A stretch of DNA of 64,000 nucleotides. Origin: a virus. The stretch lies in the IMG/VR virus record IMGVR_UViG_3300027965_000004, positions 7,847 through 71,846 of that record; one strand, 5' to 3'. Below the pieces are notes generated by a model. The model made no database searches. It saw only the letters and a list, made by a program, of their open reading frames with translations, and was not told the DNA's origin. Position numbers and translations under genes: made by a program. This document shows, piece by piece, positions 28,408 to 38,641 of this stretch. How positions within the stretch are numbered: position 1 is the stretch's first letter; the number at the start of each line of letters is the position of its first letter.

Positions 28408-28808
28408 TCGAGGGCCTCCGGCTGCGCCTCCTGCACCCGGAGGTGCCGACCTGCGCGGACTGCCAGGCCTGGCTCTACGACCCCGACCGCGGCTGGCAGA
28501 AGACCGAACGCCGCGGAATGCCCGACGGCATCCCCCGGCCGCCGGGCACGCCGACCCCCTGCCAGAAGTGCCCCAAGGCGGGCTCGAAGGAGCCCTACCC
28601 GCACCCCGAGAAGGAGCTGTCGGCTAAAAACCTCCAAGCCTGGTGGTATTACCTCCAGTGCCAGGCCGATGACACCCGCCTGCTGCCGCGCGACCGCGTC
28701 GTCGTCCGCAACAACGCCCTGATCCGTCTGGTGTGCGACCAGGCGCGCCAGGCCAACGCCGACCCCCTGCGGCTCTTCCCCCTCTTCCTGACCGCCAAGA
28801 AACGCTGA
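28398..28808 (+). CDS. tail assembly chaperone -1 frameshift extension (GT)
   Basis: A AAA AAC at 28398-28404; -1 frame open: LVEGLRLRLLHPEVPTCADC... Confidence 0.8.
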   Translation, partial: KKLVEGLRLRLLHPEVPTCADCQAWLYDPDRGWQKTERRGMPDGIPRPPGTPTPCQKCPKAGSKEPYPHPEKELSAKNLQAWWYYLQCQADDTRLLPRDRVVVRNNALIRLVCDQARQANADPLRLFPLFLTAKKR

Positions 28809-28819
28809 GCCCGACCCCG

Positions 28820-31195
28820 ATGGCCGACGAAACCGTTACCAAGAACGTCGTCACCAAGATCAGCGTGGAGGCCGCGCCCGGCCTCGACCGGCCCTTCCGT
28901 CAGATCGAAGAGGGGGCCGGCAAGGCGCACGCCTCCGTCGGCCGGCTGGCGAACGGTATGGCGACGGACCTGCGCAAGCTGGACCGCGGCATCATGTCCG
29001 TGAATCACGGCTTCATGGGGCTGTCGATGGCCTCCATGATGATGGGGCAGAGTTTCCAGAACTCCAGCCCACACATGAAGAAGTTCGTGGAGCACGCCCA
29101 GCAGGCCGCGGGGGTGATCGCCGTCATCCACTCCTCCATGCTGCTCTTGCGCGGCAGCATGATGGTCTTTTCGGTGCTGACGGCGGGCGTCTCCCGCTAC
29201 GCGGCCGCGGCCCTGGCGGCGGCGTCCGCCAACTTCGGCCTCGCGCGCAGCCACCAGGCGGTGGCCGCGGCCGCGGGGCAGCAGGCCGCCGCCCAGGCCG
29301 TCGCCGCGGGCGTCGGCCGCGCCGGGCTGGCGGCCGCGCTGCCGGCCGCCGGGATCGGCGGCATCGTCGGCGGGCTGGCGGGCTACGGCTTCGGCGGCGC
29401 CACGGGCCACGAGGGCGCGGGGACGGGCCTGGGCGCCACGGTCGGCACGATCGCCGCCGTCATGGCCCTCCAGAAGTTCGGGCCGGCCCTGGGACGCTTC
29501 GGGGCCCGGGCCCTGGGGGCGCGCCTCGGGGCGGCCGCGCCGGCGGCCCCGGCGGCGGCCGCGCGCGTGCTCTCGGGCTACGGCACCCGTGCCGTGGCGA
29601 CCGGCGGCTGGGGCGCCGGCATGTGGTCAGGCGGCACCGCGATTGGGCCTTACCTCGGACCGACAACTGGGACGGCGATCGCGCCCGCCGCCGGCAGCGC
29701 CCTATCCACAAGCGTTGGCGCGGGTGTAGCGGCTGGAGGCGGCGCAGCGGCCGGAGGAGCAGCCGCCGCCGGGGGTATGACCGTGGGCGGAGCCCTGGGC
29801 TTGGTCGGCGGCCTGGGGGCGGCGGTGTTGGGGGCCCATGAGGTGGGAATGTGGGGAGTCGCCGGGCTCGGCAAGGCCACCGGCCTGTGGGACAGCACAC
29901 AGTTCGCCCGGCGGCATTCGCTCACCGGCTCGCTCTACGACTGGTACGACGAATCCTGGAACCGGCAGACGAAGCTCGACAAGGGCCTGGAGGCGTCCCA
30001 GCGGCAGAAGATCCTGACCGCCTCCATCCTGCAAACGGCCATCCAGGAGCGCCGCGTCCGCGAGCCGTTCGTCCGCCAGCAGGAGGGGCTGATCGACGAG
30101 CGGGCGCTGGTGGGCATCGAGGCGGCGCGCCTCCGCTTCGACACGCGCGGCGCCGCCCGCGCCCGCCAGGCCGGCTACCGGGGCCGCTTCGGGGCGGAGA
30201 TCGCCCGCACGCTGGGCGAAAAATCCCTGGCCGACACCCCGGAGGAGCGGGCCTACCGCGCCAACCTCCAGGACCAGGCCGAACGTCTGGCCGAACACAT
30301 GGGGCTGTCCTCCCAGCAAGCCCGCGCGCATGTGGAGGACGCGGCCGCGCGGCAGCGGTATTTTTCCGGCAAGGCGCAGGCTACCGGCCGCGAGCTGGCC
30401 CAGGCGGAGGCCACCACCAAAGCCTACGAGAAACAGCAGACCAGCCCCGAATACCTGAAGGCGCTGGAACACGAGACCCACCTGCGCTCCCAGGTCATCG
30501 ATTACACCCACAAGGCCCAGGAGGCCCAGAAGCAGTACGTGGACGCGCTGCGCCAGGAAAAGGATGTCACCGCCCAGAACGAACAGCAGTTCCGCAGCTT
30601 CGCGGCCGAACAGGAGCGTCACTACCGCCAGATCCGCCAGCAGCAGGAGGCGAAGATCAAGGGGCTGAAAATGGACTTCGCCTTCATGGACCCCACCGAG
30701 ATCGACAAGATGTCGCAGATGGCGCAGCGGTTCGTCAACGAGATCCAGAATCCGAAACAGGGTCGGCGCGGGCAGATCGCGATGGTCGGCGGCCGCGCCC
30801 GGTTCGTGCCGGGAACGGTCGGCGGCTTCACCCACGAAGAAATGCAGTACATCAAGGGCAACCCGTTTTTCGATCAACTACGGGAGAAATACGCCGACAA
30901 GGTAACGGCCAACAACCCGGCCCTGCAAAAGTTGCTGGAGATGACCGGGCAGACCGAAAAGCTCGAGGCCGCGGCCCGCCAGGAAAAGCTCTTCGCCGAC
31001 ATCAAGCTCCAGGTGCAAAACAAGGTCGATATGGAGCTGCGGTTGAACGCCGAGGATGTCGCGGAGCAGATCAAGAACAAGATCCAGCAGCCCATTGCCG
31101 AGATGATCCGCCAGCTGGGCGACCAGATGGAGCGCCAGGTCCACATCCACGGGGTCATCCAGAGGGCCACGCCCAAAGCGGCCCTCGGCGGCTAA
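28820..31195 (+). CDS. tape measure protein
   Basis: long Ala/Gly-rich helical ORF after chaperones. Confidence 0.85.
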   Translation: MADETVTKNVVTKISVEAAPGLDRPFRQIEEGAGKAHASVGRLANGMATDLRKLDRGIMSVNHGFMGLSMASMMMGQSFQNSSPHMKKFVEHAQQAAGVIAVIHSSMLLLRGSMMVFSVLTAGVSRYAAAALAAASANFGLARSHQAVAAAAGQQAAAQAVAAGVGRAGLAAALPAAGIGGIVGGLAGYGFGGATGHEGAGTGLGATVGTIAAVMALQKFGPALGRFGARALGARLGAAAPAAPAAAARVLSGYGTRAVATGGWGAGMWSGGTAIGPYLGPTTGTAIAPAAGSALSTSVGAGVAAGGGAAAGGAAAAGGMTVGGALGLVGGLGAAVLGAHEVGMWGVAGLGKATGLWDSTQFARRHSLTGSLYDWYDESWNRQTKLDKGLEASQRQKILTASILQTAIQERRVREPFVRQQEGLIDERALVGIEAARLRFDTRGAARARQAGYRGRFGAEIARTLGEKSLADTPEERAYRANLQDQAERLAEHMGLSSQQARAHVEDAAARQRYFSGKAQATGRELAQAEATTKAYEKQQTSPEYLKALEHETHLRSQVIDYTHKAQEAQKQYVDALRQEKDVTAQNEQQFRSFAAEQERHYRQIRQQQEAKIKGLKMDFAFMDPTEIDKMSQMAQRFVNEIQNPKQGRRGQIAMVGGRARFVPGTVGGFTHEEMQYIKGNPFFDQLREKYADKVTANNPALQKLLEMTGQTEKLEAAARQEKLFADIKLQVQNKVDMELRLNAEDVAEQIKNKIQQPIAEMIRQLGDQMERQVHIHGVIQRATPKAALGG

Positions 31196-31230
31196 CCCCG
31201 TTTCTTCTCCGTTTTTATTCGCCACCCGCC

Positions 31231-31962
31231 ATGTCAGTACTTCAGTACGGATCGTACCGGCACCAGCCCGGGGAAGTGACCCTCCGGCCGATCGCGCGCA
31301 ACGCCATGGTGGCCCCCAGCGCCATCGTCTACGGCTGGACGTGGCGGTGGAAGGTCAGCGGGTTTTTGCAGGCCACCAGCCAGGCGAACCTCACCGCGGC
31401 CATCCAGCGCCTGGAAGCCGCCTACGCGGTCCAGGGCGGCAACCTGGGTTTCTTTAACGACGACGGCAGCGCCACCGCCCACGGCATTTTCGACGGCCAG
31501 ACCATCGGCGGGGTCAGGGTGGTCAGCGGCCCCAACTACCCCGAAGGGCAGGGGGCCGAGTATTCCGCCGGCGGCGCCTTCCGCTTCTACGAGATCGAGC
31601 TGGAATACGACGTGCGTGACTTCCGCGTCGGCCTCTTGGCGTGGACCGAATCCATCACCTATTCGGGCGGCGGCCCGGAGTTTATTTTCCTGGAACCCAT
31701 CCTCGGCCCGCCCGTCAAGCAACTCCTCAAGGCCGCGACCGCCTTTCGCGCCGTCCAGCGCGGCATGGCGAAGGGCCACGGCAGCTACCCCGTGCCCCCC
31801 GACCCGCTCTGGCCCGGCGACCTGCTGAGGGACCCCGAAGTCGAGCGGATCGCCCCGCAGCGGCGCGGCAACGCCTTCATCGAGCCGCAAATCTCGTGGA
31901 CCTACACCTTCGCCTCCGCCCTGCCCCTGGTCGGACTGCCCAACCCGCAACCCAACATCTGA
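31231..31962 (+). CDS. putative distal tail protein
   Basis: directly after TMP. Confidence 0.65.
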   Translation: MSVLQYGSYRHQPGEVTLRPIARNAMVAPSAIVYGWTWRWKVSGFLQATSQANLTAAIQRLEAAYAVQGGNLGFFNDDGSATAHGIFDGQTIGGVRVVSGPNYPEGQGAEYSAGGAFRFYEIELEYDVRDFRVGLLAWTESITYSGGGPEFIFLEPILGPPVKQLLKAATAFRAVQRGMAKGHGSYPVPPDPLWPGDLLRDPEVERIAPQRRGNAFIEPQISWTYTFASALPLVGLPNPQPNI

Positions 31963-31978
31963 TTGAGGATCACCCCTC

Positions 31979-33355
31979 GTGGCGACAAACCGTTGGATCG
32001 GCAGTGCCCCCGCGATCGCGCAAGTCTCGACCGTTACCATCGGCACGTACGACGCCACCACGACGTACAACGTGACGATCAACGGGAAGACCGTCGGGGT
32101 TTTGGGGCAAGGTGGCAGCGCCGCCGCCACGGCCGCGGCCCTGCAAGCGGCACTCCAGGCCAGCACCTACCCCGAATTCCAGGAAGCCACCTGGACGGTC
32201 AACAGCAACGTGATTACCGCCACGGCGGCCACGGCCGGGGTGCCCTTCGGCACACCGCCGGCGGTGTCCGGGGCCTACACCCTGGCCACCTCGGTCGCCG
32301 GCGGCACGGGCACGATTTCCAACAGCACCACGACCGTTTCCAGCGGCCCCAACGACGTGTCGCTCGCCGCCAATTGGTCCACGGGCGCCCTGCCCGCCAA
32401 CGGCGACGACGTGTATTTCGACGTGCCGGTGCCGGCGCTCTACAACCTGACGGCGCTCCAGGCCGTGACCCTCAACACGCTCAACATCTCGGCCACCTTC
32501 GCCGGGTCGGTCGGCACCGGCGGCGGCGGGGGCGGCGGCAGCGCCAGCGGCCAGGCGGCTTTGGGGCTGCCCGTTTTCAACCCCAAGGGTTATCTCGAAT
32601 ACCGGCCGCTCAACTTCCAATTCCTGACCCAGGGCGCCAAGAACGTCATCGTCGGCTACGGCTCCGGGCCGGGCCCGCAGATGGTGAGGCTCGACAGTCT
32701 GAACGCGCAGGTCAACCTCATCGTCCAGAACACGGGCACGAGCCTGGAGGCGAACGCCGAGGCCGTGCGCTGGAAGGGAACCCACGCCGGCAACCTCGTG
32801 GAAGTCACCAAGGGCACGCTGGGCGTGGCCCGCAACCCGGGCGAGGTCGCCACCATCCTCACCCTGGAAATCGGCTACGTGGCCAACGTCCAGGGGGACG
32901 CCAACGTCACCCTGGGGCCCGGGGTGACCCTGGCCGTGGGGGGCTCGGGGGTCGTCTCGAAATCCGGCGGTTCCCTCCTGATCCTGGGCATCGCCAGCGC
33001 CGCCAGCCCCGTCAACAAGATCAACCAGACCGACGGCACCACGGAGATCCGCGGCACCGGCTCGTGCGTGACCACGGCCACCATCGACGGCGGCACGCTC
33101 TACTTCAGCGGGGCCAACGACGGCACCCACGTCGATGTGACCAACCTGAACGTCGGGAATAAGGGCACGGTCAGCTTCGTCCGCGACATGCGCTCCCGGC
33201 AGGTGACGAATACCACCCTGTACGCCGGGGCCAAGCTGTTCGACTCATTCGCCACGGTGACGTGGGGCGCCGGCGGGATCGTCTTGAGCCGCTGCCGGTT
33301 GACCGACGTGACGCTCGACCTGGGCGAGAACCGCTCGCTCTTGACCTTCGCGTGA
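31979..33355 (+). CDS. tail structural protein
   Basis: Thr/Gly/Asn beta-rich; NWSTGALP..GDDVYF. Confidence 0.7.
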   Translation: MATNRWIGSAPAIAQVSTVTIGTYDATTTYNVTINGKTVGVLGQGGSAAATAAALQAALQASTYPEFQEATWTVNSNVITATAATAGVPFGTPPAVSGAYTLATSVAGGTGTISNSTTTVSSGPNDVSLAANWSTGALPANGDDVYFDVPVPALYNLTALQAVTLNTLNISATFAGSVGTGGGGGGGSASGQAALGLPVFNPKGYLEYRPLNFQFLTQGAKNVIVGYGSGPGPQMVRLDSLNAQVNLIVQNTGTSLEANAEAVRWKGTHAGNLVEVTKGTLGVARNPGEVATILTLEIGYVANVQGDANVTLGPGVTLAVGGSGVVSKSGGSLLILGIASAASPVNKINQTDGTTEIRGTGSCVTTATIDGGTLYFSGANDGTHVDVTNLNVGNKGTVSFVRDMRSRQVTNTTLYAGAKLFDSFATVTWGAGGIVLSRCRLTDVTLDLGENRSLLTFA

Positions 33356-33383
33356 GCCCTCCCGGCCTTCCCCTGGATCATTT

Positions 33384-35240
33384 ATGCCGACCCCCGCCGC
33401 CATCCAGTACGCCACCTTCACGGGCATCGGCCGTGTGCTGTCGGCGTCGTTCACCCTCTCGCACGGCATAACTCCGAGCTGTTGTGTCTTAGAAATTGTA
33501 CCCCAGGCGGACATCCCCAGCGCGACCGGCGACCTCGTCTTCATCTACGACGCCATCACGCTGACCTTTTCGGGGTGCCGCGTCGATTACACGTCCATCC
33601 AGCGCAACAGTTCCGGCATGGTCATGGCGCTGGCCGTGCAAGACCGCCGCTGGAAGTGGCAGTTTGGCGAAATCTCCGGGGATTATAACACGCGCTTCCA
33701 GGACCCCGGATCGGTGGCCCCCGACAGCGGCAAGTCGGTGGGTAATTCGCTGGACCCGGATTTTTTGCGGACCCCCCAGCAGTTGGCGGCGCTGTGCCTC
33801 CAGGCGCTGGGCGAGGTCAATTACGACGTGTCGCTCATGCCGAACGACACCTACCCGGAAGTGCATTGGACCGCCCAGAACCCGGCGCAGGCGCTGGCCG
33901 CCCTGTGCGACACGCTGAACTGCCGGATCAGCTTAGACGCCAACCAGGCCGTGGTCATCTGGCCGGTGGGCGTGGGCCACGCCCTGCCCGACGGCCCGGT
34001 CATGTCCGGCGGCAACAAGCTGCCCGTGAAGCCCCACCCCGATACCGTCAAGGTGGTCTGTGGGCCGTCGCTCTTCCAGGTCGATTTCATCCTCTACCCG
34101 GTGGGCCTGGACACGGACGGGGGCATTTGGCCGCTCTACCAGCTCAGTTACCGGCCCAACAAGCAAAACCCCAACGGGCCGGCGGAGTCCGTGTGGGATT
34201 ATGAGGTCCCCGGGCAGTTCGTCGGCATCAGCGACCAACTCCTCACCACCGGGCAGACGAAACGACAGTTGGCCCTGGAATCGGTGTGGCGCTGGTACAA
34301 GATCGGCGGCACCATCACCCCGGCGTTGGTCGGCGAACAGGCGCAGGTCAACGGTTCCTATCTGACCAACGACCTGCAAATCTACAACATCCCCGGCTAC
34401 GGCCAGATCCCGACCTTCAAGGTCCCGAAGTGGCTGGCGGCCGCCGAGGTCGGCAAGCCGGGCAAGCCCTACGTCGCCGCCAGCTACACGCTCTTGCCCT
34501 TGGAAGAGGAGCAGGTCCAGACCTACGTGTCGGCGGACGCCACGCTGAGGCGTTTACCGGCTATCTGTTACGGTGTTTATAACGATCGGAGAGGGGCGCA
34601 GACCAACACGCCGCCGGGCACCCCCTACGAGGGCGGCTTCCAGGTGGACGGCCGCCACGGGCTGGTGAAGTTCGACCAACCCGTGTGGCAGTACCTCCCC
34701 GACCCGCTCAACAACGGCAAATTCGTGTACCGGCCCGCGTGGCTGGCCCTGCGCACGGCCTTCCAGATCCGCGACCTCACGACCGGGGCCTACGTCCGCT
34801 ACGAGCGGACGTTTTTCTTCGCCGACCAAAGCGGCACCGGCGCCAAGCCGCTCCACCACCCCGAAATCCAGAGCGAGTATTACCCGACCTACGACGCCAA
34901 GGGCAACGTCCAGAAAGTCAACAATAATGAGAGTTTGGTGGGGGCCGAGTGTGATTATTACATCGGCGCCGAGGCCGCGCAGTATTTGAGCCAGGCCGTC
35001 CCCCAAGAAATCACCTATGCGGGGCTGATCCCTATTTCGACGGACGGGGCGATTCAGCAGGTCACTTGGTCGGTGAGTAACACCAGCGGCGCCACCACCC
35101 ACGTCTGCCGCAATGACGAGTTCCACCCGTATGTACCGCCGTTCCGCGAACGCCGGGTGTACGAACAGGTGCGCAACGACACGATTGAGGCGCTGCGCGG
35201 TATCGCCAGCAAACAGGGAAAGGAGTTCTTGGACCTATGA
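33384..35240 (+). CDS. putative baseplate hub/tail tip protein
   Basis: QDRRWKW, AQALAALCD; position. Confidence 0.7.
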   Translation: MPTPAAIQYATFTGIGRVLSASFTLSHGITPSCCVLEIVPQADIPSATGDLVFIYDAITLTFSGCRVDYTSIQRNSSGMVMALAVQDRRWKWQFGEISGDYNTRFQDPGSVAPDSGKSVGNSLDPDFLRTPQQLAALCLQALGEVNYDVSLMPNDTYPEVHWTAQNPAQALAALCDTLNCRISLDANQAVVIWPVGVGHALPDGPVMSGGNKLPVKPHPDTVKVVCGPSLFQVDFILYPVGLDTDGGIWPLYQLSYRPNKQNPNGPAESVWDYEVPGQFVGISDQLLTTGQTKRQLALESVWRWYKIGGTITPALVGEQAQVNGSYLTNDLQIYNIPGYGQIPTFKVPKWLAAAEVGKPGKPYVAASYTLLPLEEEQVQTYVSADATLRRLPAICYGVYNDRRGAQTNTPPGTPYEGGFQVDGRHGLVKFDQPVWQYLPDPLNNGKFVYRPAWLALRTAFQIRDLTTGAYVRYERTFFFADQSGTGAKPLHHPEIQSEYYPTYDAKGNVQKVNNNESLVGAECDYYIGAEAAQYLSQAVPQEITYAGLIPISTDGAIQQVTWSVSNTSGATTHVCRNDEFHPYVPPFRERRVYEQVRNDTIEALRGIASKQGKEFLDL

Positions 35241-36106
35241 ACAACCTTTCCCAGAACGAGCGCGTCCGCTGGCTGGAGGTGCTCAACGCCAGCGCCACCA
35301 ACTGGATTCCGTCGTGGGCCTGCGTGCGGGTCGTGTCCACGGACTACACCACCGGCGTCCTGACCGTGGACCAGCCCAACGCCGACAACCAGGCCCAAGT
35401 GCTCTTCACCGGCCCGGTGGCCATCCCGCCGTCGGCCTACGGCGCGGCCACCTACGACTTCCCGACGTGGGCCGCCTACAACGCGGGCGACGGCGACCCC
35501 GCGGTCGGCGACCAGCGGGGGGCGGGCAACGGCAGTTACGTGCTCCGCAGCGGCAAGACCGGCTTCTGGGTCATCGGGGTGGACAGTGCCAACAGCCGCG
35601 CCATGGTGCTGCCGGTGGGCGGCGGGGGTGGCGGCGGGGGCAACCTGCCGCGCTGGAGCTACCTGGCGGGCGGCATCTGCCGCTCGCCGCCCGGTATCGG
35701 TGGCAAGCTGCCGGCCGGCGGCTCGGGGACGGCCGGCGCGCCCATCGACTGGACGAGCGGCCTGGGGCCGTTCGCCTTCCAGCGGCCCAACGGGGCCTAC
35801 CAGATCAAGATCCCAGACGGCGCCGGGGGCTACTACCGGCTGGAGGCGTCGGCCTTCATCACCACCACGCAGCCGGGGGCCGGCTACGGCGCCTACTTCT
35901 CGGTGAACGGGCAGCAGCCGGTGACGAACGCGCAGGTGGGCGGCGAGTGCAACGGCGGCAGCGTCATGGTCCACTTCGAAGATACGTTACTGTTGAACGC
36001 GGGCGACGTGGTAGACTTCTGGCTGACCTCGTCCTTCGACACCGCCTCGGAGACGGTCAGCGCGAACAGCCTGGAGATCGTCCAGCGCGGGGGGCCGCCG
36101 ACATGA
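35237..36106 (+). CDS. tail fibre-like protein
   Basis: Gly hinge, then C-terminal beta-sandwich (LNAGDVVDF). Confidence 0.65.
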   Translation: MNNLSQNERVRWLEVLNASATNWIPSWACVRVVSTDYTTGVLTVDQPNADNQAQVLFTGPVAIPPSAYGAATYDFPTWAAYNAGDGDPAVGDQRGAGNGSYVLRSGKTGFWVIGVDSANSRAMVLPVGGGGGGGGNLPRWSYLAGGICRSPPGIGGKLPAGGSGTAGAPIDWTSGLGPFAFQRPNGAYQIKIPDGAGGYYRLEASAFITTTQPGAGYGAYFSVNGQQPVTNAQVGGECNGGSVMVHFEDTLLLNAGDVVDFWLTSSFDTASETVSANSLEIVQRGGPPT

Positions 36107-37134
36107 CCCAGCCGACTTCCACGACGCCGCCGTGCAACTGTGGCTGCACGCAGCCGTGCGGCATACGCATCGCCCTGATCAACGGCCAGTACTGGCAGGA
36201 CCTGTACTACGGCTGGTACTACTGCCCGGTGAATGAATACTCCTATTGGGAGGTCATTCTGGCGGGGTTCCAGCCGCCGCTCGACCACTGGAACGGCAAC
36301 TGGAACATCGGCCTGGGACCCGGCTCCTACTTCTACGGCGCCAGCCAGCAACTCGCCTTCGAGTGCTCGATGGCGTTCGTGGGGAACAAATTCCTCGACC
36401 TGGCGGTGGCCGGGGGGGACGGCTCGGCCGGCATCGCCGCCAACGGGCTGCTCGTCCTGCTCAACGACGGCATAAATCCCGGCGGCATCGGCTACTACTG
36501 GAGCGGCAACCTGTGCAACGTGCAGCCGGACACGATGCTGACCCTGAACCTGGCGTCGCCGGACCCGAACCTGCCGCCGACGATCACGGTCATCCCGCGC
36601 GGGCCGACCTGCGCCTGCTGCCCGCGCGGCCTTTACAACGGCCAGATGCTCACCCAGGTGTGGCCGACGCTGACGGCGACGCTGATGAACGGCACGGGGG
36701 GCTGCCAGAGCCTCAACGGCCTGCAAATCCCGCTGACGTTCCAGACGACGACCCAGATCCCCTGGGGCGGCGGCAGTAGCGTCAACCCGGCCGCCTACCT
36801 CGGGATAACCACCGTGGACGCGAGCCGCTGCCCGCTGGGCGCGAGCCAACTCGCCTTTTATCTCCAGTGCGTCAAGGCCCCGGCCGTCCCGGACAGCAGC
36901 TTCCTCACGCCCACCAACGACGGCTGGGCCGGGGGGTTCGCCTCGACGCTGACCTCGTCGTCGGGCGACCACTACGCCTACGCGGCGCCGCCGGTCTCCT
37001 ACCGCTGTGACCCCATGGCGCCCATGTGGACCTTCCAGGGGGTCGAGGTGATCGGCCTGGGGAATGTTAACCTGGTGCGCTGTTGCGGCACGAGCGGCAA
37101 CGGCCACGTCGACGTGGTGGTGACGTCGCCATGA
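36103..37134 (+). CDS. Cys-rich tail/receptor-binding protein
   Basis: CNCGC N-terminus, CACC; ATGA coupled. Confidence 0.6.
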   Translation: MTQPTSTTPPCNCGCTQPCGIRIALINGQYWQDLYYGWYYCPVNEYSYWEVILAGFQPPLDHWNGNWNIGLGPGSYFYGASQQLAFECSMAFVGNKFLDLAVAGGDGSAGIAANGLLVLLNDGINPGGIGYYWSGNLCNVQPDTMLTLNLASPDPNLPPTITVIPRGPTCACCPRGLYNGQMLTQVWPTLTATLMNGTGGCQSLNGLQIPLTFQTTTQIPWGGGSSVNPAAYLGITTVDASRCPLGASQLAFYLQCVKAPAVPDSSFLTPTNDGWAGGFASTLTSSSGDHYAYAAPPVSYRCDPMAPMWTFQGVEVIGLGNVNLVRCCGTSGNGHVDVVVTSP

Positions 37135-37472
37135 CACAACACCCCGAAGCCAACCGCCCCTGTTTCCTCGTCCACGCCGAGCAGCAGCCGTGGTGTCCGG
37201 TGTGCAAGCAGTACCGCGAGAACCCCCACTACCGCAACGCGCCGCTGCCGGTCATGGGGCCGGTCAAGCCGCGGGAGGACCGCTCGAAGCCCTGCCGGCA
37301 CCTGGGGGCCGCGACCGGGGAGCGGGTGCAGTGCCCGACCTGCGCCGGCAACGTGGAAATCAAGCTAATGACGTGCGAAAAACACGGCACCTGTACCCGC
37401 GGCAAGCCGCTCCAGGGGGTGCGCTGCTGCGCCGACTGCGGGGATTACCGGCCGGGCGAACCGGCGGCCTGA
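37131..37472 (+). CDS. Cys-rich small protein (last tail gene)
   Basis: PCRHLG...CPTC...CEKHGTC...CCADC. Confidence 0.65.
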   Translation: MTQHPEANRPCFLVHAEQQPWCPVCKQYRENPHYRNAPLPVMGPVKPREDRSKPCRHLGAATGERVQCPTCAGNVEIKLMTCEKHGTCTRGKPLQGVRCCADCGDYRPGEPAA

Positions 37473-37483
37473 GCCGCCCGTCA

Positions 37484-38560
37484 CTACGGCCGCCAGCCGG
37501 CGCCTTTGGCAAAGACCTCAATCACGCCGTCCACGAAGATCAGCGTGCCGACGTAGGGGGCACCGGGGTTGTTCGGGTCCGGGTGGAGGACGTTGCGGAC
37601 CTCTTGTTCCGTCTCCAGGGTTAGTGAAGTGCCGTTGTTGACGACGCCGATCACCCGGTAAAAGTAGCCGTGCGGCTCCGGGGTCCGGGTGTTACCCTTG
37701 CCCGCGGTGAGTGTGGCGTCGAGCACCCAAGAGCCCCGCACGATGTCCGGTGCGGCCCCCGCAAACGGCACCTGGATTTGGTGCGTTTGCGGGGCGAACG
37801 TCACCCCCTCCAAAACGGTCTCCGTGTTGCCGACGGTCGGCGATCGGCCGGCGTAGACGACCACCGCCACGTCCACGACCGACGGGTCTGCCGCCTGCGG
37901 GCGCCGCAGCAGCCAGGCCCACGAATAGCGGCCGTTCCGCTCCACCGAACGGACCGTGCTGCCCGGGGGCGGGGGGTGGCTGACCGCCGACCCGGCCGCG
38001 TTGGCGGGATCGGCCGCGTTGTCGTCGCGGTTGAAATTGAGATCGTCCTGCGTGGTAGTAAACCGCGTGGCGAGCCTCAACTGATCCTCCCGCCTCGGTT
38101 GGGAAGCGACCCATTGCAGAGTCCGGCGGGGCATCCCGTGCCAGTTGCCGGTCCCCTTCTTGTCCCCGACTTCGTGGACGGTTTCGTTCCAGTAGCCGAC
38201 GGGATCGACGTACACCGGGTAGCTGGGGCCGTCGGTGATCGGCGGCAAGACGTTGGACGGCCTGCCCTTGTTGTTGCGCGGCAAGGGCTCGATGAACACG
38301 TCCCGGCGACCGTTCGGCGCGTTGGGGTCCTGGTCATAGACGACGGCCTGGTCGTGGCGGATCTGCTTGGCGTTGGCGACGGCGGCGGCGTTGGCGGCCA
38401 CGTTGGCGGCGGCGCCGTCTTGAAGCGCCGCCCTCATGCTCAGTGCCCCGAGCGGGAACAGGGTAAGTAGCGTCATCAGACCGATGGCCATGATGAAGAC
38501 GGCTACCAGGACCTCGACCAACGTAGTACCGGGACGGCGAATCATGGATCGCGTCTCCAT
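37484..38560 (-). CDS. type IV prepilin-like (PilV-type minor pilin) moron
   Basis: class III signal RRPG|TTLVEVLVAVFIMAIGL. Confidence 0.88.
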   Translation of the reverse strand: METRSMIRRPGTTLVEVLVAVFIMAIGLMTLLTLFPLGALSMRAALQDGAAANVAANAAAVANAKQIRHDQAVVYDQDPNAPNGRRDVFIEPLPRNNKGRPSNVLPPITDGPSYPVYVDPVGYWNETVHEVGDKKGTGNWHGMPRRTLQWVASQPRREDQLRLATRFTTTQDDLNFNRDDNAADPANAAGSAVSHPPPPGSTVRSVERNGRYSWAWLLRRPQAADPSVVDVAVVVYAGRSPTVGNTETVLEGVTFAPQTHQIQVPFAGAAPDIVRGSWVLDATLTAGKGNTRTPEPHGYFYRVIGVVNNGTSLTLETEQEVRNVLHPDPNNPGAPYVGTLIFVDGVIEVFAKGAGWRP

Positions 38561-38641
38561 TGTCTCGGAAGGGAAATGTCAGTTCCTCAAGTATCCCAGA
38601 GATAATTCGTCCCCGCAAGCCCTTTCTTCGGAATTCCGGGG

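Noticed and set aside
35237-37472. diversity-generating retroelement or tail-fibre shufflon
   Set aside because: No reverse transcriptase, TR/VR pair or inverted crossover repeats seen.
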